This document shows, one piece after another, positions 1 through 10,081 of a stretch of 64,000 bases of DNA. The position numbers were made by a program, and so were the translations under genes. Source of the stretch: a virus (taxonomy: Duplodnaviria > Heunggongvirae > Uroviricota > Caudoviricetes); the IMG/VR virus record IMGVR_UViG_3300035680_000003; one strand, written 5' to 3'. Below the pieces are notes generated by a model that did not search any database, was not told where the DNA came from, and saw nothing but the letters and a program-made list of their open reading frames with translations. The stretch's first letter is position 1, and each line of letters starts with the position of its first letter.

Positions 1-138
1 ATCGAGTACGTTCACTGTTTGGATCTTTGGCACCATCAAAGAAAGTTGATACTCGTAAGTATTTTGTTCCAGTTGGCATGTCGATGTCTCTAATCTCAAC
101 ATAGGTCTTCATTCCACCTGTATCGCTAATTAATCGTT

Positions 139-546
139 TCATCGTAGTGCCTCCATTGTGATAATTTTGTCAATCTCTTTGCCAAAGTCTGCATCGTTGG
201 TAATGACATACAGACCGTTTGAACTACGATCAGTCTTTTTATCATAACGGCGTGTTTCTACAACACGACCACCGTTGGCGACATAAACTGTAAAGTGCAA
301 GGCACGTTCTGGTTGATCAATGCTAGCAGGCCCGGCACTGATTGCCATTGACCTAGAAAGTCTATTCACTGAAACTGCTGAGTCTTTTTCTTGATTTTGT
401 CGCTTCTCCCATTCGGCACCTTCCATTAGTTTCTTAAGAAACCAACGTGCTAACACTCCCGGACGTTTAACTTTCTTTTGAACGTCCGGTCTAAAATCTG
501 ATTCTTCTGCGTATTTTTCTGACGCTGTTACTGCATATCCATTCAT
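139..546 (-). CDS. hypothetical protein
   Basis: 135-aa ORF with no recognisable motif, in a co-directional minus-strand gene string. Confidence 0.4.
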   Translation of the reverse strand: MNGYAVTASEKYAEESDFRPDVQKKVKRPGVLARWFLKKLMEGAEWEKRQNQEKDSAVSVNRLSRSMAISAGPASIDQPERALHFTVYVANGGRVVETRRYDKKTDRSSNGLYVITNDADFGKEIDKIITMEALR

Positions 547-1007
547 TGCTTATTCCTTTCTGCTTCTGCTACACGTTTACGCAGGCTTGAACTACTAAAA
601 GAATGATCTCGTCCGTTGTACACAATTTCAATTCCGCGCTTCATACAAATTTCTTTACCTGTAAACTCTTTGTCTGCATACTCTACACCTAATATTCTAA
701 CATCTACTGGCAGAATAAGCAATAGGTCTTCAAGGTCTTTTTCTGTTTGATAGACAACAACTTCATCCACATTGCGATTTGTACTGACCTGTATTTGTCG
801 TTCTACAATAGTTTGTATAGGTGGATTCTTTGTGTCTGGTCGATCAATAGTTGGATCAGTTTGCAGTGCAGCAATTAGATAATCACAATGATTCTTTGCT
901 TCTGCCAACATGGCAACATGCCCTGCATGGAATAGATCAAAACTGCTGAATACAATTCCTACCTTTAATCCATCTTCTTTTAGTTGTTTTATTTTATTGA
1001 ATATCAT
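543..1007 (-). CDS. cytidylyltransferase-like nucleotidyltransferase (HxGH motif; glycerol-3-phosphate cytidylyltransferase / RfaE domain II-like)
   Basis: N-terminal GIVFSSFDLFHAGHV matches the (T/H)xGH nucleotidyltransferase signature; paralog of 12826..13308. Confidence 0.65.
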   Translation of the reverse strand: MIFNKIKQLKEDGLKVGIVFSSFDLFHAGHVAMLAEAKNHCDYLIAALQTDPTIDRPDTKNPPIQTIVERQIQVSTNRNVDEVVVYQTEKDLEDLLLILPVDVRILGVEYADKEFTGKEICMKRGIEIVYNGRDHSFSSSSLRKRVAEAERNKQ

Positions 1008-1242
1008 CTTTAAGATAACTTATAATTTTTTTCTGTTCTTGTTCATTGAGCCACTCTGCTTCAGTGCTTCCAAAGTTGGGACACATTTTCATCATGTCGT
1101 CTAAGAACCATTTTAACTGATATAGATCCTGTTTAACACCCCAAGCAATGAATCCGTCGTTGCGAGCGTTAGAGCATTCTGAAACTGCTGCTCTAACCTG
1201 TTGGAATGTTTCTATAATATTGTATGAATGTTTGTGGCCCAT
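994..1242 (-). CDS. hypothetical protein (start moved to second Met)
   Basis: the track ORF 994..1293 would read through a terminator-like hairpin plus promoter-like element at 1249-1290, so the internal Met at 1242 is preferred. Confidence 0.3.
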   Translation of the reverse strand: MGHKHSYNIIETFQQVRAAVSECSNARNDGFIAWGVKQDLYQLKWFLDDMMKMCPNFGSTEAEWLNEQEQKKIISYLKDDIQ

Positions 1243-1248
1243 ATAGAT

Positions 1249-1277
1249 AGTATAGAGGTAAAAAAAGGGCCCGTCAA
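1249..1277 (-). promoter_or_regulatory. sigma70-like promoter (TTGACG-17-TATACT) overlapping a terminator hairpin
   Basis: minus strand reads TTGACGggccctttttttacctcTATACT; would start transcription at about 1242. Confidence 0.35.
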
Positions 1278-1284
1278 GACCCTT
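1258..1284 (-). terminator. rho-independent terminator (hairpin AAGGGtcttgacgggCCCTT plus T7)
   Basis: GC-rich stem followed by TTTTTTT on the minus strand, downstream of the 1301..1681 gene. Confidence 0.5.
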
Positions 1285-1300
1285 ATTCCCCAATATCTTG

Positions 1301-1681
1301 TTAGATTCCCGGGATATTAAAGTTTACATTCGAACCTGCTCCGATAGTTTTTCGAATATCTACATCGTCTGGTCTTTCTTCTGCACTCATCAAAATAGCA
1401 GTATTATCTACTCGGCGTAGCTCAATAATGTTTCCATCTTCTTGTTCTACTTCAAAAGTTCGCGTCCATCTACCATGTTCGACACATATCCAGTCCCCTA
1501 CAGATACTTCGTTCTGCTCTGGACCAATGGCCCATACCCGGCCCCATCTCGGCTTAACGCCTCGAGACTTTCCATTGTCTGATTGAATTACAATACCCGA
1601 TGCAGTTTTTTGTACACCGAAATCCATATCAGAAACAATTACGTGATCTCTGATTGGGCGAATTTTGCCTTTAGTTACCAT
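1301..1681 (-). CDS. GroES-like co-chaperonin (Cpn10 fold)
   Basis: KIRPIRDHVIV...KTASGIVI...GRVWAIGPE resembles the GroES pattern (KIRPLxDRVLV, TASGIxI, GKVVAVG); 126 aa. Confidence 0.5.
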   Translation of the reverse strand: MVTKGKIRPIRDHVIVSDMDFGVQKTASGIVIQSDNGKSRGVKPRWGRVWAIGPEQNEVSVGDWICVEHGRWTRTFEVEQEDGNIIELRRVDNTAILMSAEERPDDVDIRKTIGAGSNVNFNIPGI

Positions 1682-1951
1682 TTATTCTCCAGTAGTTTTT
1701 GTTTTATTAGATGCAACAATACCTGATTGTGCTTGTTTAACTTTAGAAGATTCTGGAATTGCTTTAGGGTTGTTTTCATAATACTCAGCAATAACTTCTT
1801 CGCGTTTGCGAACAATTTTTCCACCTGGGCCTAATTCGTCCCCTCTTGCATTTACTCTTGCGTTGCCGATAGCAGGCATAAGTTCATTTTGCGTCATGAG
1901 CTTATCCATGTCTACTTCTTTACCCTGCATTGTTTTATACACTCTTCCCAT
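1682..1951 (-). CDS. hypothetical protein
   Basis: 89-aa ORF in the operon-like string. Confidence 0.35.
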   Translation of the reverse strand: MGRVYKTMQGKEVDMDKLMTQNELMPAIGNARVNARGDELGPGGKIVRKREEVIAEYYENNPKAIPESSKVKQAQSGIVASNKTKTTGE

Positions 1952-1961
1952 ATCTATCTCC

Positions 1962-2516
1962 TTATTTTAGGAATTCTTTTATATCTAGATCGTATTTAAT
2001 GCTATCAATTCGGTGAACTCCGATAAGATATAACACATAGCTTGCTACACTACTTCCACGACCGACTCCCCACACGATTTTATTCTCTCGCATAGTGTCT
2101 ACTAAGTATTTAAGGTAGAACAACAAATCAAACATGCCATGTTGGATAAAAAGTAGTAGTTCTTGATCTACTCTTGCACGTTGTTGTTCTGTAGTGCATC
2201 GATCATACAACCAATCGACTATAGGAAACTCACTGCATTCTTTGGGCATAAACCAAGTGCATTGATTTGCTTCATCAAAAAATGCCACATCTTCTTGGGG
2301 TTGCTGCCACTCTTGTAGTGGAACAAGGTTGTCTTTGTTAGTGTCGACAGCAGTATTGAACTGAACTACTGTGTTGCTATCGAGGTAGACGTTTTGTAAA
2401 CTTTTGAGTTTGCCCGAATACAAGTGTTCAAATAGTTCACTAGGATCTAGAAAGACGGCACCGTATTCATTGGTATTCATATTAACATTATACGCACCTA
2501 CTGCATACAATGTCAA
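1962..2516 (-). CDS. hypothetical protein
   Basis: 184-aa ORF with no secure motif. Confidence 0.4.
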   Translation of the reverse strand: MTLYAVGAYNVNMNTNEYGAVFLDPSELFEHLYSGKLKSLQNVYLDSNTVVQFNTAVDTNKDNLVPLQEWQQPQEDVAFFDEANQCTWFMPKECSEFPIVDWLYDRCTTEQQRARVDQELLLFIQHGMFDLLFYLKYLVDTMRENKIVWGVGRGSSVASYVLYLIGVHRIDSIKYDLDIKEFLK

Positions 2517-2794
2517 TTATCTACGTTAATAAAATCGTCTAAATTCTTATTTTGATTTGCCAACTTTTGATTGGCTTTGATGTGACGGGTAGACTGCTCG
2601 GCTTTGTATGCTTCGAGTATTACTGAAATTTGGTTGCATACTGCGCCCTGTCCGAATCTAGCAGCCAAGAAGTACTTTTTCATTAACTCGGTAATCTTAT
2701 TGTCGATATCTTCGTTTTTCAACGTAGACAAATCTGGTAATAACGGATTAAACATTATGATAACGTAACTGAGGTACCAGTAAATGCATACCAT
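2513..2794 (-). CDS. hypothetical protein
   Basis: 93-aa ORF, overlaps neighbours by 4 nt (translational coupling). Confidence 0.35.
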   Translation of the reverse strand: MVCIYWYLSYVIIMFNPLLPDLSTLKNEDIDNKITELMKKYFLAARFGQGAVCNQISVILEAYKAEQSTRHIKANQKLANQNKNLDDFINVDN

Positions 2795-3150
2795 GTGCCG
2801 CTATGATAATATGCAGGTCTATTGTATGCTGCGTCTGCAACAAATACCAATGTTCCGTTTTCTACATTTCCGGTATCAGTTAACGCAGATAGCTCGCTTA
2901 GACTATAATTTTTTAATACAATTGAACAATCTACTAAGGTTGCTTTTTTAATTTCATTTCCACCAAAATTATTTGAGCTAGATAGACTTACTAAGTTTAC
3001 CTGAAGGTTGGAAATTTCTTCTCCTGTTGTAGACAGTGCTGATTGAATATTAGAAAAGTTAGTTCTAAAACCCTGAGAATCGTTATCAGATCCAGGAACT
3101 GGATAGTTGATGTTTATTAAATTGCTATAATCTGTAATAGTACTTGCCAC
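2755..3150 (-). CDS. small tail-fibre-associated protein, tandem paralog 1
   Basis: N-terminus MASTITDYSNLININYPVPGSDND...FRTNFSNIQ parallels the adjacent ORF; lies directly downstream of the large fibre gene. Confidence 0.4.
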   Translation of the reverse strand: MASTITDYSNLININYPVPGSDNDSQGFRTNFSNIQSALSTTGEEISNLQVNLVSLSSSNNFGGNEIKKATLVDCSIVLKNYSLSELSALTDTGNVENGTLVFVADAAYNRPAYYHSGTWYAFTGTSVTLS

Positions 3151-3162
3151 AATTAACTCCTG

Positions 3163-3420
3163 TTAAGATGAAGTGTAACTTTTTAATACAATGCTACAAT
3201 TCACAATAGTTGCATTAGTGACGGTGTTATCGTTAAAGTTATTATTATCAGTTAAGAACACTCCGTTTGTTTTTAATGCATTAATTTCTCTATTAGCAAT
3301 TTCTATGGAAGTTTTGATATTAGAAAAATTATCACGGAATTTTTGAAGGTCGTTGTCTGCACCCTGTACAGGGAAATTAATGTCAATTAAATTACTATAA
3401 TTTGTGATAGTGCTAGTCAA
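3163..3420 (-). CDS. small tail-fibre-associated protein, tandem paralog 2
   Basis: MTSTITNYSNLIDINFPVQGADND...FRDNFSNIK is a paralog of 2755..3150. Confidence 0.4.
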   Translation of the reverse strand: MTSTITNYSNLIDINFPVQGADNDLQKFRDNFSNIKTSIEIANREINALKTNGVFLTDNNNFNDNTVTNATIVNCSIVLKSYTSS

Positions 3421-3457
3421 GATTCAACTCCAGTGATGCTATATTTATAGACAAAAC

Positions 3458-6424
3458 TCACTTGAGTTTATTTTTAAGTTCTTTAACTTCTTTAGATAAT
3501 TCTTTAACAGCTTCAATTAAAAGTGGCACTAGTTTTTCATACTTGACAGCTAGATATCCGTTGGTTCTTGTAGCAACAATTTCTGGTAAAATTGCTTCAA
3601 TTTCTTGAGCAATAACACCTATGTCGTGTTTTCTTACAAAGAAATCATCTTCTCCACCACGACTTTCAATATATGAATCTGTCCAGTCAAAGCGTACACC
3701 CCTAATTTGTTCAAGCATTTCGAGAGGGTTGCTTAATGATTGTACATTTTCTTTTAGTCTAGCATCAGATGAGTAGTAAGCAGTGATTTCGTTTTCTGCC
3801 CTGATTTCACCAACTGCCCCGCTGTACCAACCACTTCCTACTGACAGTGTAGTAACAGTAATTGTACTTTGATATGCTGGTGCCGCCGCACCTCGACTTA
3901 CTGCAATTTGACCTATAGAGCCCGGACCGTAGAAAGCAGTTGTATCAGGAGCTGATTGATAAGGAACTTGACCAGCAGTACCACCTGCTAAGTTTGTAGA
4001 ATTACCTACAGTAACTGTGCTAGGTGCTTGCCATGTAGCAGTGCTCGAACCCGCAGTTAACACATATCCGTTAACACCTATTGGAATAAATGCTGTTCTT
4101 CCAGGACCGCTTTGGATAGGAATGCTGCCAGCGGTACCACCTGCTAGGTTAGTTGCAGTTGTAGAATTACCTACAGTAACTGTGCTAGGTGCTTGCCATG
4201 TAGCAGTCGTTGCTCCGGCTGTTAATACATGTCCAGCTGTTCCTAGAGTAATAAATGCAGTACGTCCCGGTGCGCTTTGAATAGGCATTGCACCTTGTGA
4301 ACCACCTGCTAGATGAGTAGCAGTGGTTGCATTGCCCGCTGTTAAATCAGTTACCTGACTCCATTGTGGTGCTGTACCTCCTGAATTAACAGTTAGTATA
4401 TAACCTGCAGAGCCGATGCCTAAGAAAGTTGTAGTACCTGCACCAGTTTGGTATACAATAGAACCTGCTAATCCACCACCAACATTGTCAGTGATTGCAG
4501 ATCTTCCTACATATAAAGATGAAGTTGATATAAAGGACGGACCTGTTGCACTAGCACCGTTGCTTACTAAAACTTGTCCTGCTATACCCGGGCCTACAAA
4601 ACTAGTAACACCTGATGTAGTTTGGAATGGTAACTGTCCAGTAGTACCGTTTTTCAAGTTTGTAGCAGTAGTTGCTTCGCCCGCTGCAACTCCTGCTAGT
4701 GTTTCCCAGCGAGGACCACTAGCACCAGCGACCAGTACATAACCTAATGCGCCCAGTGATAAAAATACTGTACTGTTGGCAGCATTTTGATAAGGAAGTG
4801 ATCCAGCACTACCACCTACTAGGTCGTCTGCTAAAGTTGATCGTCCAACATATATACTACTTGTGTTAGTAAACACCGGACCAGTTGATGTGGTTCCTGC
4901 ACTCACTAGCAGTTGTCCTGCTGTTCCTGGGCCAAAGAAACTAGTCAATCCAGGGCTAGTTTGGAATGGAACTTGTCCTGTAGTACCGTTCTTCAAGTTA
5001 GTTGCAGTGGTTGCTTCACCTGTAGCAATACCACTTAGTGATGCCCATTGAGGTGCAGTTGCACCTGCGGTTAACACATAACCGTTAGTGCCTAGAGGTA
5101 AAAATACTGTGCTGTTAGCACCATCTTGATAGACTAAACCACCTGCACCACCACCGACGATGTCATCTGCTAGTACCGCTCTACCTACGTAGATGTTTGA
5201 TGTGGAAACAAATTTAGGACCAGTTGCACTTGCACCGTCACTGGTTAATATTTCACCCGCTGTACCTGGACCAAAGAAACTAGTGTTATGAGGTGCTGTC
5301 TGGAATGGAACTTGTCCCGTAGTACCGTTCCTTAAATTAGTAGACGAATTAGCACTTGATATAGATCCAGAAACAGTTGCGTATAATGTTCCGCCTACAT
5401 ACAAATCTCCACCAATACCTGCACCACCTCCGACAATCAATGCACCGGTATTAGTTGATGTTGCATTTGTAGCATTGTTAGTTTGTATAATATCATCTGT
5501 GACTATTAACGTTGTTGTAACAGTTGTTAATTGAATTGTTAATTTTTGAGCAACAATTTCACCACCAACATACAAATCGCCACCGATACCGACACCCCCT
5601 ACAACTCTTAGAGCACCGGTTTGCGTAGAAGTTGCAATAGTTGTGTTGGTTATAGTTGACGCAGGTGTAGTTAGTATACCGTTGTTTGTATTAAACACGA
5701 GGTTACCACTTGCACCTAATGTTGCATAAGCACTAGCACCGGCAACCATTGTCAAGTATCTTAACGGAGTTGCTTCGCTGGTGCCCAAGCTGGTAACGTA
5801 TGTTTTTTCACTTTCAGCAGATTTACCTACAGATATTGTAGTTGTTGAAACAAAACTTGCAGTATTTGTCTGAGCTTGTAGTAAACTTCCTGCTGCACCG
5901 GCTGATATAAATGTAGTAACACTGGTTGCAGATTGAATAGGGATCTCGCCTGCTGCACCGTTGTTTATGTTATTTGTGTCTGTAGGGCCAGATGGACCAG
6001 ATGGACCAGATGGCCCAGTAACACCTTGCGGTCCTTGCGGACCGGGAGGTCCTGAAGGTCCTTGAACGCCTTGCGGTCCTTGTGGACCTGTAGCACCCCT
6101 AGGTCCTTGAACGCCTTGCGGTCCTTGTGGACCTTGCGGACCAGTAACGCCCTGTGGTCCTTGAACTCCTTGTGGTCCCTGCGGGCCTTGAACGCCTTGT
6201 GGTCCTTGGGGTCCCTGAACTCCCTGTGGTCCTTGTGGACCTGTAACACCTTGTGGTCCCTGTGGACCAGTGGCACCTATTTGATTTCCTAACCAAGTTC
6301 TAACTCTTGCTGGTTCGAGTTGTTGCTCAACACCGTCGTGCGCTACAATGAATACCGTTTGGTAATCAGTAGGATTCGTTAAGTTAGTCGATAAGACTTC
6401 AGAAAGAGATGCTCTAATAGACAT
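3458..6424 (-). CDS. long tail fibre protein: N-terminal collagen-like GPQ repeats, several 93-aa and 54-aa internal repeats, C-terminal peptidase S74 intramolecular chaperone (auto-processing) domain
   Basis: About 30 Gly-X-Y triplets (GPQGPQGVQ...) at aa 50-150. Repeated [17 protein letters not shown]...PQWASL modules follow. The C-terminus SDARLKENV...[15 protein letters not shown]...[15 protein letters not shown] matches the S74 chaperone motif. Confidence 0.8.
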   Translation of the reverse strand: MSIRASLSEVLSTNLTNPTDYQTVFIVAHDGVEQQLEPARVRTWLGNQIGATGPQGPQGVTGPQGPQGVQGPQGPQGVQGPQGPQGVQGPQGVTGPQGPQGPQGVQGPRGATGPQGPQGVQGPSGPPGPQGPQGVTGPSGPSGPSGPTDTNNINNGAAGEIPIQSATSVTTFISAGAAGSLLQAQTNTASFVSTTTISVGKSAESEKTYVTSLGTSEATPLRYLTMVAGASAYATLGASGNLVFNTNNGILTTPASTITNTTIATSTQTGALRVVGGVGIGGDLYVGGEIVAQKLTIQLTTVTTTLIVTDDIIQTNNATNATSTNTGALIVGGGAGIGGDLYVGGTLYATVSGSISSANSSTNLRNGTTGQVPFQTAPHNTSFFGPGTAGEILTSDGASATGPKFVSTSNIYVGRAVLADDIVGGGAGGLVYQDGANSTVFLPLGTNGYVLTAGATAPQWASLSGIATGEATTATNLKNGTTGQVPFQTSPGLTSFFGPGTAGQLLVSAGTTSTGPVFTNTSSIYVGRSTLADDLVGGSAGSLPYQNAANSTVFLSLGALGYVLVAGASGPRWETLAGVAAGEATTATNLKNGTTGQLPFQTTSGVTSFVGPGIAGQVLVSNGASATGPSFISTSSLYVGRSAITDNVGGGLAGSIVYQTGAGTTTFLGIGSAGYILTVNSGGTAPQWSQVTDLTAGNATTATHLAGGSQGAMPIQSAPGRTAFITLGTAGHVLTAGATTATWQAPSTVTVGNSTTATNLAGGTAGSIPIQSGPGRTAFIPIGVNGYVLTAGSSTATWQAPSTVTVGNSTNLAGGTAGQVPYQSAPDTTAFYGPGSIGQIAVSRGAAAPAYQSTITVTTLSVGSGWYSGAVGEIRAENEITAYYSSDARLKENVQSLSNPLEMLEQIRGVRFDWTDSYIESRGGEDDFFVRKHDIGVIAQEIEAILPEIVATRTNGYLAVKYEKLVPLLIEAVKELSKEVKELKNKLK
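4000..5400. repeat. in-frame direct nucleotide repeats (about 280 bp and 160 bp units) inside the tail fibre gene
   Basis: 4017-4075 is nearly identical to 4177-4235, and 4630-4680 resembles 4980-5030 and 5300-5345; these correspond to the protein-level repeats. Confidence 0.6.
5985..6290. repeat. 9-nt periodic collagen-like (GGNCCNCAR) repeat tract
   Basis: ggtccttgtggacc-type units encode the GPQGPQG run; the antisense ORFs here are artefacts. Confidence 0.7.
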
Positions 6425-6507
6425 GTGTAGTATCAGTACCCGATTTAATATGTTATTTATTATCTTTCAATAACAATAACATTGCGGTTGTTTGCTATTA
6501 AATCCTC

Positions 6508-8055
6508 TTAAACCCAGGATTGAATGTTGGAACCTGTAGTTCCTACTCTAATCCATGTATCAGTTGCTACACAAACGTAAAGAAAATTTGTGTCATAAGA
6601 TACAAGCCCAGAAAAACCTGACGAGTTAGGAAGTTTTGATCCTGTTCCAACTGCTACAGTGCCTGGTGGTCCCGACGGACCTGATGCTCCAGTGGGTCCA
6701 GTAGCTCCACTAGGACCTTGTGGTCCTGTAGCGCCAGATGGTCCACTAGGTCCTGTAGCGCCTACTCCTGATGGTCCACTAGGACCTGATGGTCCTGTTG
6801 GTCCAGTTGGTCCAACAAAGCCAATTCCGTTGGCGCCCGATGGGCCTGACGGTCCTGTCGGTCCTGTACTACCTGCGGGACCCTGCGGTCCTGTGGCACC
6901 TGCGCCCGATGGCCCAGTCGGACCTGATGGTCCTGCAACAGCACTTGCTGGACCCGGAGGTCCCGACGGTCCTGTTGCACCTTCTGGTCCTGTTGGACCC
7001 GACGGTCCTTGTGGCCCTGTAGCACCTGCACCTGTGGGTCCTACGTCACCTGGAATTCCTTGAGCACCTGACGGTCCTTGTGGGCCTTGTGGTCCCGTAG
7101 TACCACCGCCGGTGCCGCCTGATATTGTAACCCATTCGGTGTCATACTCAGTGTTTGATGCTTTGGCTAGAACTTGTCCAGTAAATCCACCTACTGCTAT
7201 GCCTGTGCCTGTGCTTCCAGGTGCGCCTGATGGTCCTGATGGTCCTGATGGGCCTGGCAAACCGGGGCTTCCCGGACTACCTGCAGGGCCTTGTGGTCCA
7301 GTAGGCCCTGCACCAGCAGTTGTACTAGTGTTGACCCATTTAGTACCGTCGTACTTTAAAAACTCTCCGCTAATAGGACTTGTTAGTGTTACATCAGTTA
7401 ACGAGCTTAATGCAGTTACTCCCGGTGTTGCAGAACCTAAATTTACAACTCCGAATGTACCATACATGTCACTACTGTTTTCTGCGGCATAATATAGTGT
7501 AGATGGAGCGCCTAACGGTACAGCAAATGTAATTGTTCCCGTGGCTGTGCCATTATTAGTTACACCACTATTATATGTATTTTCAGTTCCTGTAGTAGCC
7601 GCAGTTTTAATCCATAACGGATACCCAGCAGCATTAACACTGAAGTTATATGTAAATCCTCTTACAAGGTTTAATGTAGGATCATTGAATCCTTCGATAA
7701 TATAGTCTAAACTACCGTTGTTAGTAATAGTATATGTAATTCCAAACCCGCCACCTTCTGGTCCAGTTGGACCAGCGTCACCTTGCGGCCCTTGAGGACC
7801 AGAAGGCCCAGTTGGACCAGGTACTGTACTAGCATCGCCCTGCGGACCTTGTGGTCCTGTTGCACCTTCTGGTCCTTGTGGTCCAGCGCCACCAGCTACT
7901 CCGCCATAGGCAAGAGTAGCCCAGGTCGAAGTGCCGCTGCCTATTTTAAATTGCCCTGTATCTGTTTCTAGGGCCATTTCTCCTTCGGCCAGGACAGGGT
8001 TTGCAGAACTCCATTCTGCAGCGGTACCTCTTCTAAGTTGAATTTGAACAGCCAT
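6508..8055 (-). CDS. tail fibre protein with HylP-like N-terminal domain and multiple collagen-like triple-helix segments
   Basis: N-terminus [12 protein letters not shown]...NPVLAEGE...[12 protein letters not shown] resembles the conserved N-terminus of streptococcal phage HylP-type fibres; several GPxGPxG blocks. Confidence 0.65.
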   Translation of the reverse strand: MAVQIQLRRGTAAEWSSANPVLAEGEMALETDTGQFKIGSGTSTWATLAYGGVAGGAGPQGPEGATGPQGPQGDASTVPGPTGPSGPQGPQGDAGPTGPEGGGFGITYTITNNGSLDYIIEGFNDPTLNLVRGFTYNFSVNAAGYPLWIKTAATTGTENTYNSGVTNNGTATGTITFAVPLGAPSTLYYAAENSSDMYGTFGVVNLGSATPGVTALSSLTDVTLTSPISGEFLKYDGTKWVNTSTTAGAGPTGPQGPAGSPGSPGLPGPSGPSGPSGAPGSTGTGIAVGGFTGQVLAKASNTEYDTEWVTISGGTGGGTTGPQGPQGPSGAQGIPGDVGPTGAGATGPQGPSGPTGPEGATGPSGPPGPASAVAGPSGPTGPSGAGATGPQGPAGSTGPTGPSGPSGANGIGFVGPTGPTGPSGPSGPSGVGATGPSGPSGATGPQGPSGATGPTGASGPSGPPGTVAVGTGSKLPNSSGFSGLVSYDTNFLYVCVATDTWIRVGTTGSNIQSWV

Positions 8056-8086
8056 GTTTGTATTCTTTCCGTATTATCAATATTTA

Positions 8087-8509
8087 TTACACACCACCTG
8101 CATTGATGGGTGTGATTCCACCATATATAGATGACGGTGTACCACCATCTAAATTTAAAATTCCTTCGCCACTTGCACCACTAGGACCCGATACTCCACT
8201 GGGACCTGTAGGTCCAGGTACTCCTATTGGTCCTTGAGGACCCGTGGGACCTACAATACTATCGCCCTGTGGTCCTTGCGGACCTGTGGGACCAAAAACT
8301 CCCTGTGGTCCTTCTGGCCCTTGTGGTCCTTGCGGCCCTACAGGACCAGTAGGTCCTACAATCTGTATAGCAGCTTCGTTAACTAGAGTAATTAACTGCT
8401 CTAATTCCATTTTCCTGGTTCTAGCAGGCTCGTAAGAGACATCAACAACTGGAACAATAAGTTGATCTGTTAATGTGCTTAAAAATGGTAAATTGGTGAT
8501 TCTTGCCAT
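8087..8509 (-). CDS. collagen-like repeat protein (fibre component)
   Basis: 140 aa, with [32 protein letters not shown] in its central part. Confidence 0.6.
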   Translation of the reverse strand: MARITNLPFLSTLTDQLIVPVVDVSYEPARTRKMELEQLITLVNEAAIQIVGPTGPVGPQGPQGPEGPQGVFGPTGPQGPQGDSIVGPTGPQGPIGVPGPTGPSGVSGPSGASGEGILNLDGGTPSSIYGGITPINAGGV

Positions 8510-8512
8510 AAA

Positions 8513-9595
8513 TTATTCTCGTTGTAAAGGTTGGTTATTTTCATCATCAAGGCGTACCCAACCTTCTGGACCAAATAGGTAACCATCTATATCCATCAGA
8601 TCCCCAACAGCATTTCTGTTGAATATTAGATATTTAGCTCCACTATTGTCTAAACTATTTTCCACAATTATTCGGTCAACTTCAAAATCAACAGTGTTAA
8701 ACTTAAAATTATTAGATTTAATTCTATTTAGAATAATTCTGCTTTTATTAGGCAATGTGTAACATAAAGGAACAACCCTCATGTACGTCTTTGTTCTGTA
8801 ATCATTCGACTGCTGAGTTAACATAAATCTAGGCTGTAGTTGTTCATCTACGCTGATAGTCGACCAGTCTTGTAGTGTAATAGATTGTAGCTGTTTACGC
8901 ATATTATCTATACTTGCAGGGTAATATAATTCATCGTTGTGGTCAGTGTGTACTACAGAAGAGACGCTAATATCGGAATTATTAACTAATTCGTCAACTA
9001 CTTCCACATATATTAAATCGTATACGTGTGTTCCTGCAGAATTTTTAGCAATAGCGGATTTTACACCGCCTAATCTTATCTTCTTTTTATAAAAATTCTC
9101 TTGTAATGCATATTGATATTCGTAGAGATTTAGTTGTTCTATACCAAAATCCAACGTTAGTTTAATACTTCTCTGGACTCCAAAGTTTGAATCGTAATAT
9201 CTATACATTAATAGCGGGTCAAATATAGTAGAGTCGTTGATAAAATTGTTAAATTGATTACGTTTAGTAACACTCAAAAAAGGTCTAATATAGATATCGG
9301 TATACTTGATATTGTTGGGTTGCGTTACATTTAGAGTGAATGTCTGTGTTGATTCTTCGGTATTTGCAAGGTCAACAGCATTGATTATAAAAGTAAAGGT
9401 TCCCGAGGAATTATAATTTGCTCTACCAACTATGGTACCATCATGTTTTAAAGTTAGCCCGCTGGGAAGTTGCCCAGCTTTAAGCTCGTATTTTAACTCT
9501 GAACCTGACGATGTCTGTGTAGACTGCACAGAAATTTCACTAACATATCCAGTTTGAAGTGTACCTAGACTGCTAGTTGTCAACCATTTTAACAT
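8513..9595 (-). CDS. hypothetical structural protein (fibre or baseplate associated?)
   Basis: 360-aa ORF immediately upstream of the collagen-like genes. Confidence 0.4.
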   Translation of the reverse strand: MLKWLTTSSLGTLQTGYVSEISVQSTQTSSGSELKYELKAGQLPSGLTLKHDGTIVGRANYNSSGTFTFIINAVDLANTEESTQTFTLNVTQPNNIKYTDIYIRPFLSVTKRNQFNNFINDSTIFDPLLMYRYYDSNFGVQRSIKLTLDFGIEQLNLYEYQYALQENFYKKKIRLGGVKSAIAKNSAGTHVYDLIYVEVVDELVNNSDISVSSVVHTDHNDELYYPASIDNMRKQLQSITLQDWSTISVDEQLQPRFMLTQQSNDYRTKTYMRVVPLCYTLPNKSRIILNRIKSNNFKFNTVDFEVDRIIVENSLDNSGAKYLIFNRNAVGDLMDIDGYLFGPEGWVRLDDENNQPLQRE

Positions 9596-9712
9596 TAAGA
9601 AATACCCCTACGGTGAGATTTATAGAGGTATTTACCTAAAAATACTCAAATAACAATAGCCTTAATTTTTAGAAAGTTAAATATATTATACTTTAATTAA
9701 AGGAAAAGTACC

Positions 9713-10081
9713 ATGGAAATTATTGTCGCAGTCGCAGTATTTGGCTTTGGATTATGGTGGGTCTTTTTAAGAACTCCTGCTGATACAAAACCATCTGCAC
9801 CTTATAAAATTGAAACTCCACCTGCACCAGAACCTGCTCCGGTTGTGGTAGAAACTGCACCTGCAGTTGTTACTGATACAGTAGTGGTAGTAGAAAATGC
9901 AGTCGTACCAGAAGCTGTAGTAGCAGAAGCTCCTGCTAAGAAGCCACGTACACCACGTGCTCCTAAAGTAGAAGCTCCTGTAGCAAAACCAGCCGCAAAA
10001 AAAGCAGCCCCTGTTAAGAAGGCTGCTGCTATTAAAGCTGCTCCTAAGAAACCAGCAACTCCGAGATCAAAGAAGGCTTAA
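9713..10081 (+). CDS. membrane-anchored Pro/Ala/Lys-rich low-complexity protein (histone H1-like tail)
   Basis: N-terminal TM helix IIVAVAVFGFGLWWVFL then PAPEPAPVV...AKKPRTPRAPK...KKAAPVKKAAAIKAAPKK; AAAGGA SD 8 nt before the ATG; sole plus-strand gene in the region. Confidence 0.45.
   Translation: MEIIVAVAVFGFGLWWVFLRTPADTKPSAPYKIETPPAPEPAPVVVETAPAVVTDTVVVVENAVVPEAVVAEAPAKKPRTPRAPKVEAPVAKPAAKKAAPVKKAAAIKAAPKKPATPRSKKA

Noticed and set aside
1962-2516. C-terminal GVGRGSSVASYVLYLIGV resembling the DnaE (Pol III alpha) GRGSAAGSLVAY motif
   Set aside because: It is a single short motif in a 184-aa protein with no PHP or polymerase context. It is most likely chance similarity and is left as hypothetical.
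4017-7492. Antisense or alternate-frame ORFs inside the collagen-like fibre genes (4017..4280, 4416..4742, 4863..5051, 5965..6276, 6062..6292, 6099..6296, 6659..7063, 6762..7031, 6789..7022, 7112..7492, 7707..7892, 7783..7971, 8244..8435)
   Set aside because: GGN/CCN-rich repeat DNA is open in many frames. Their products are low-complexity P/G/R strings that mirror the real Gly-X-Y frame, and none has a start context.
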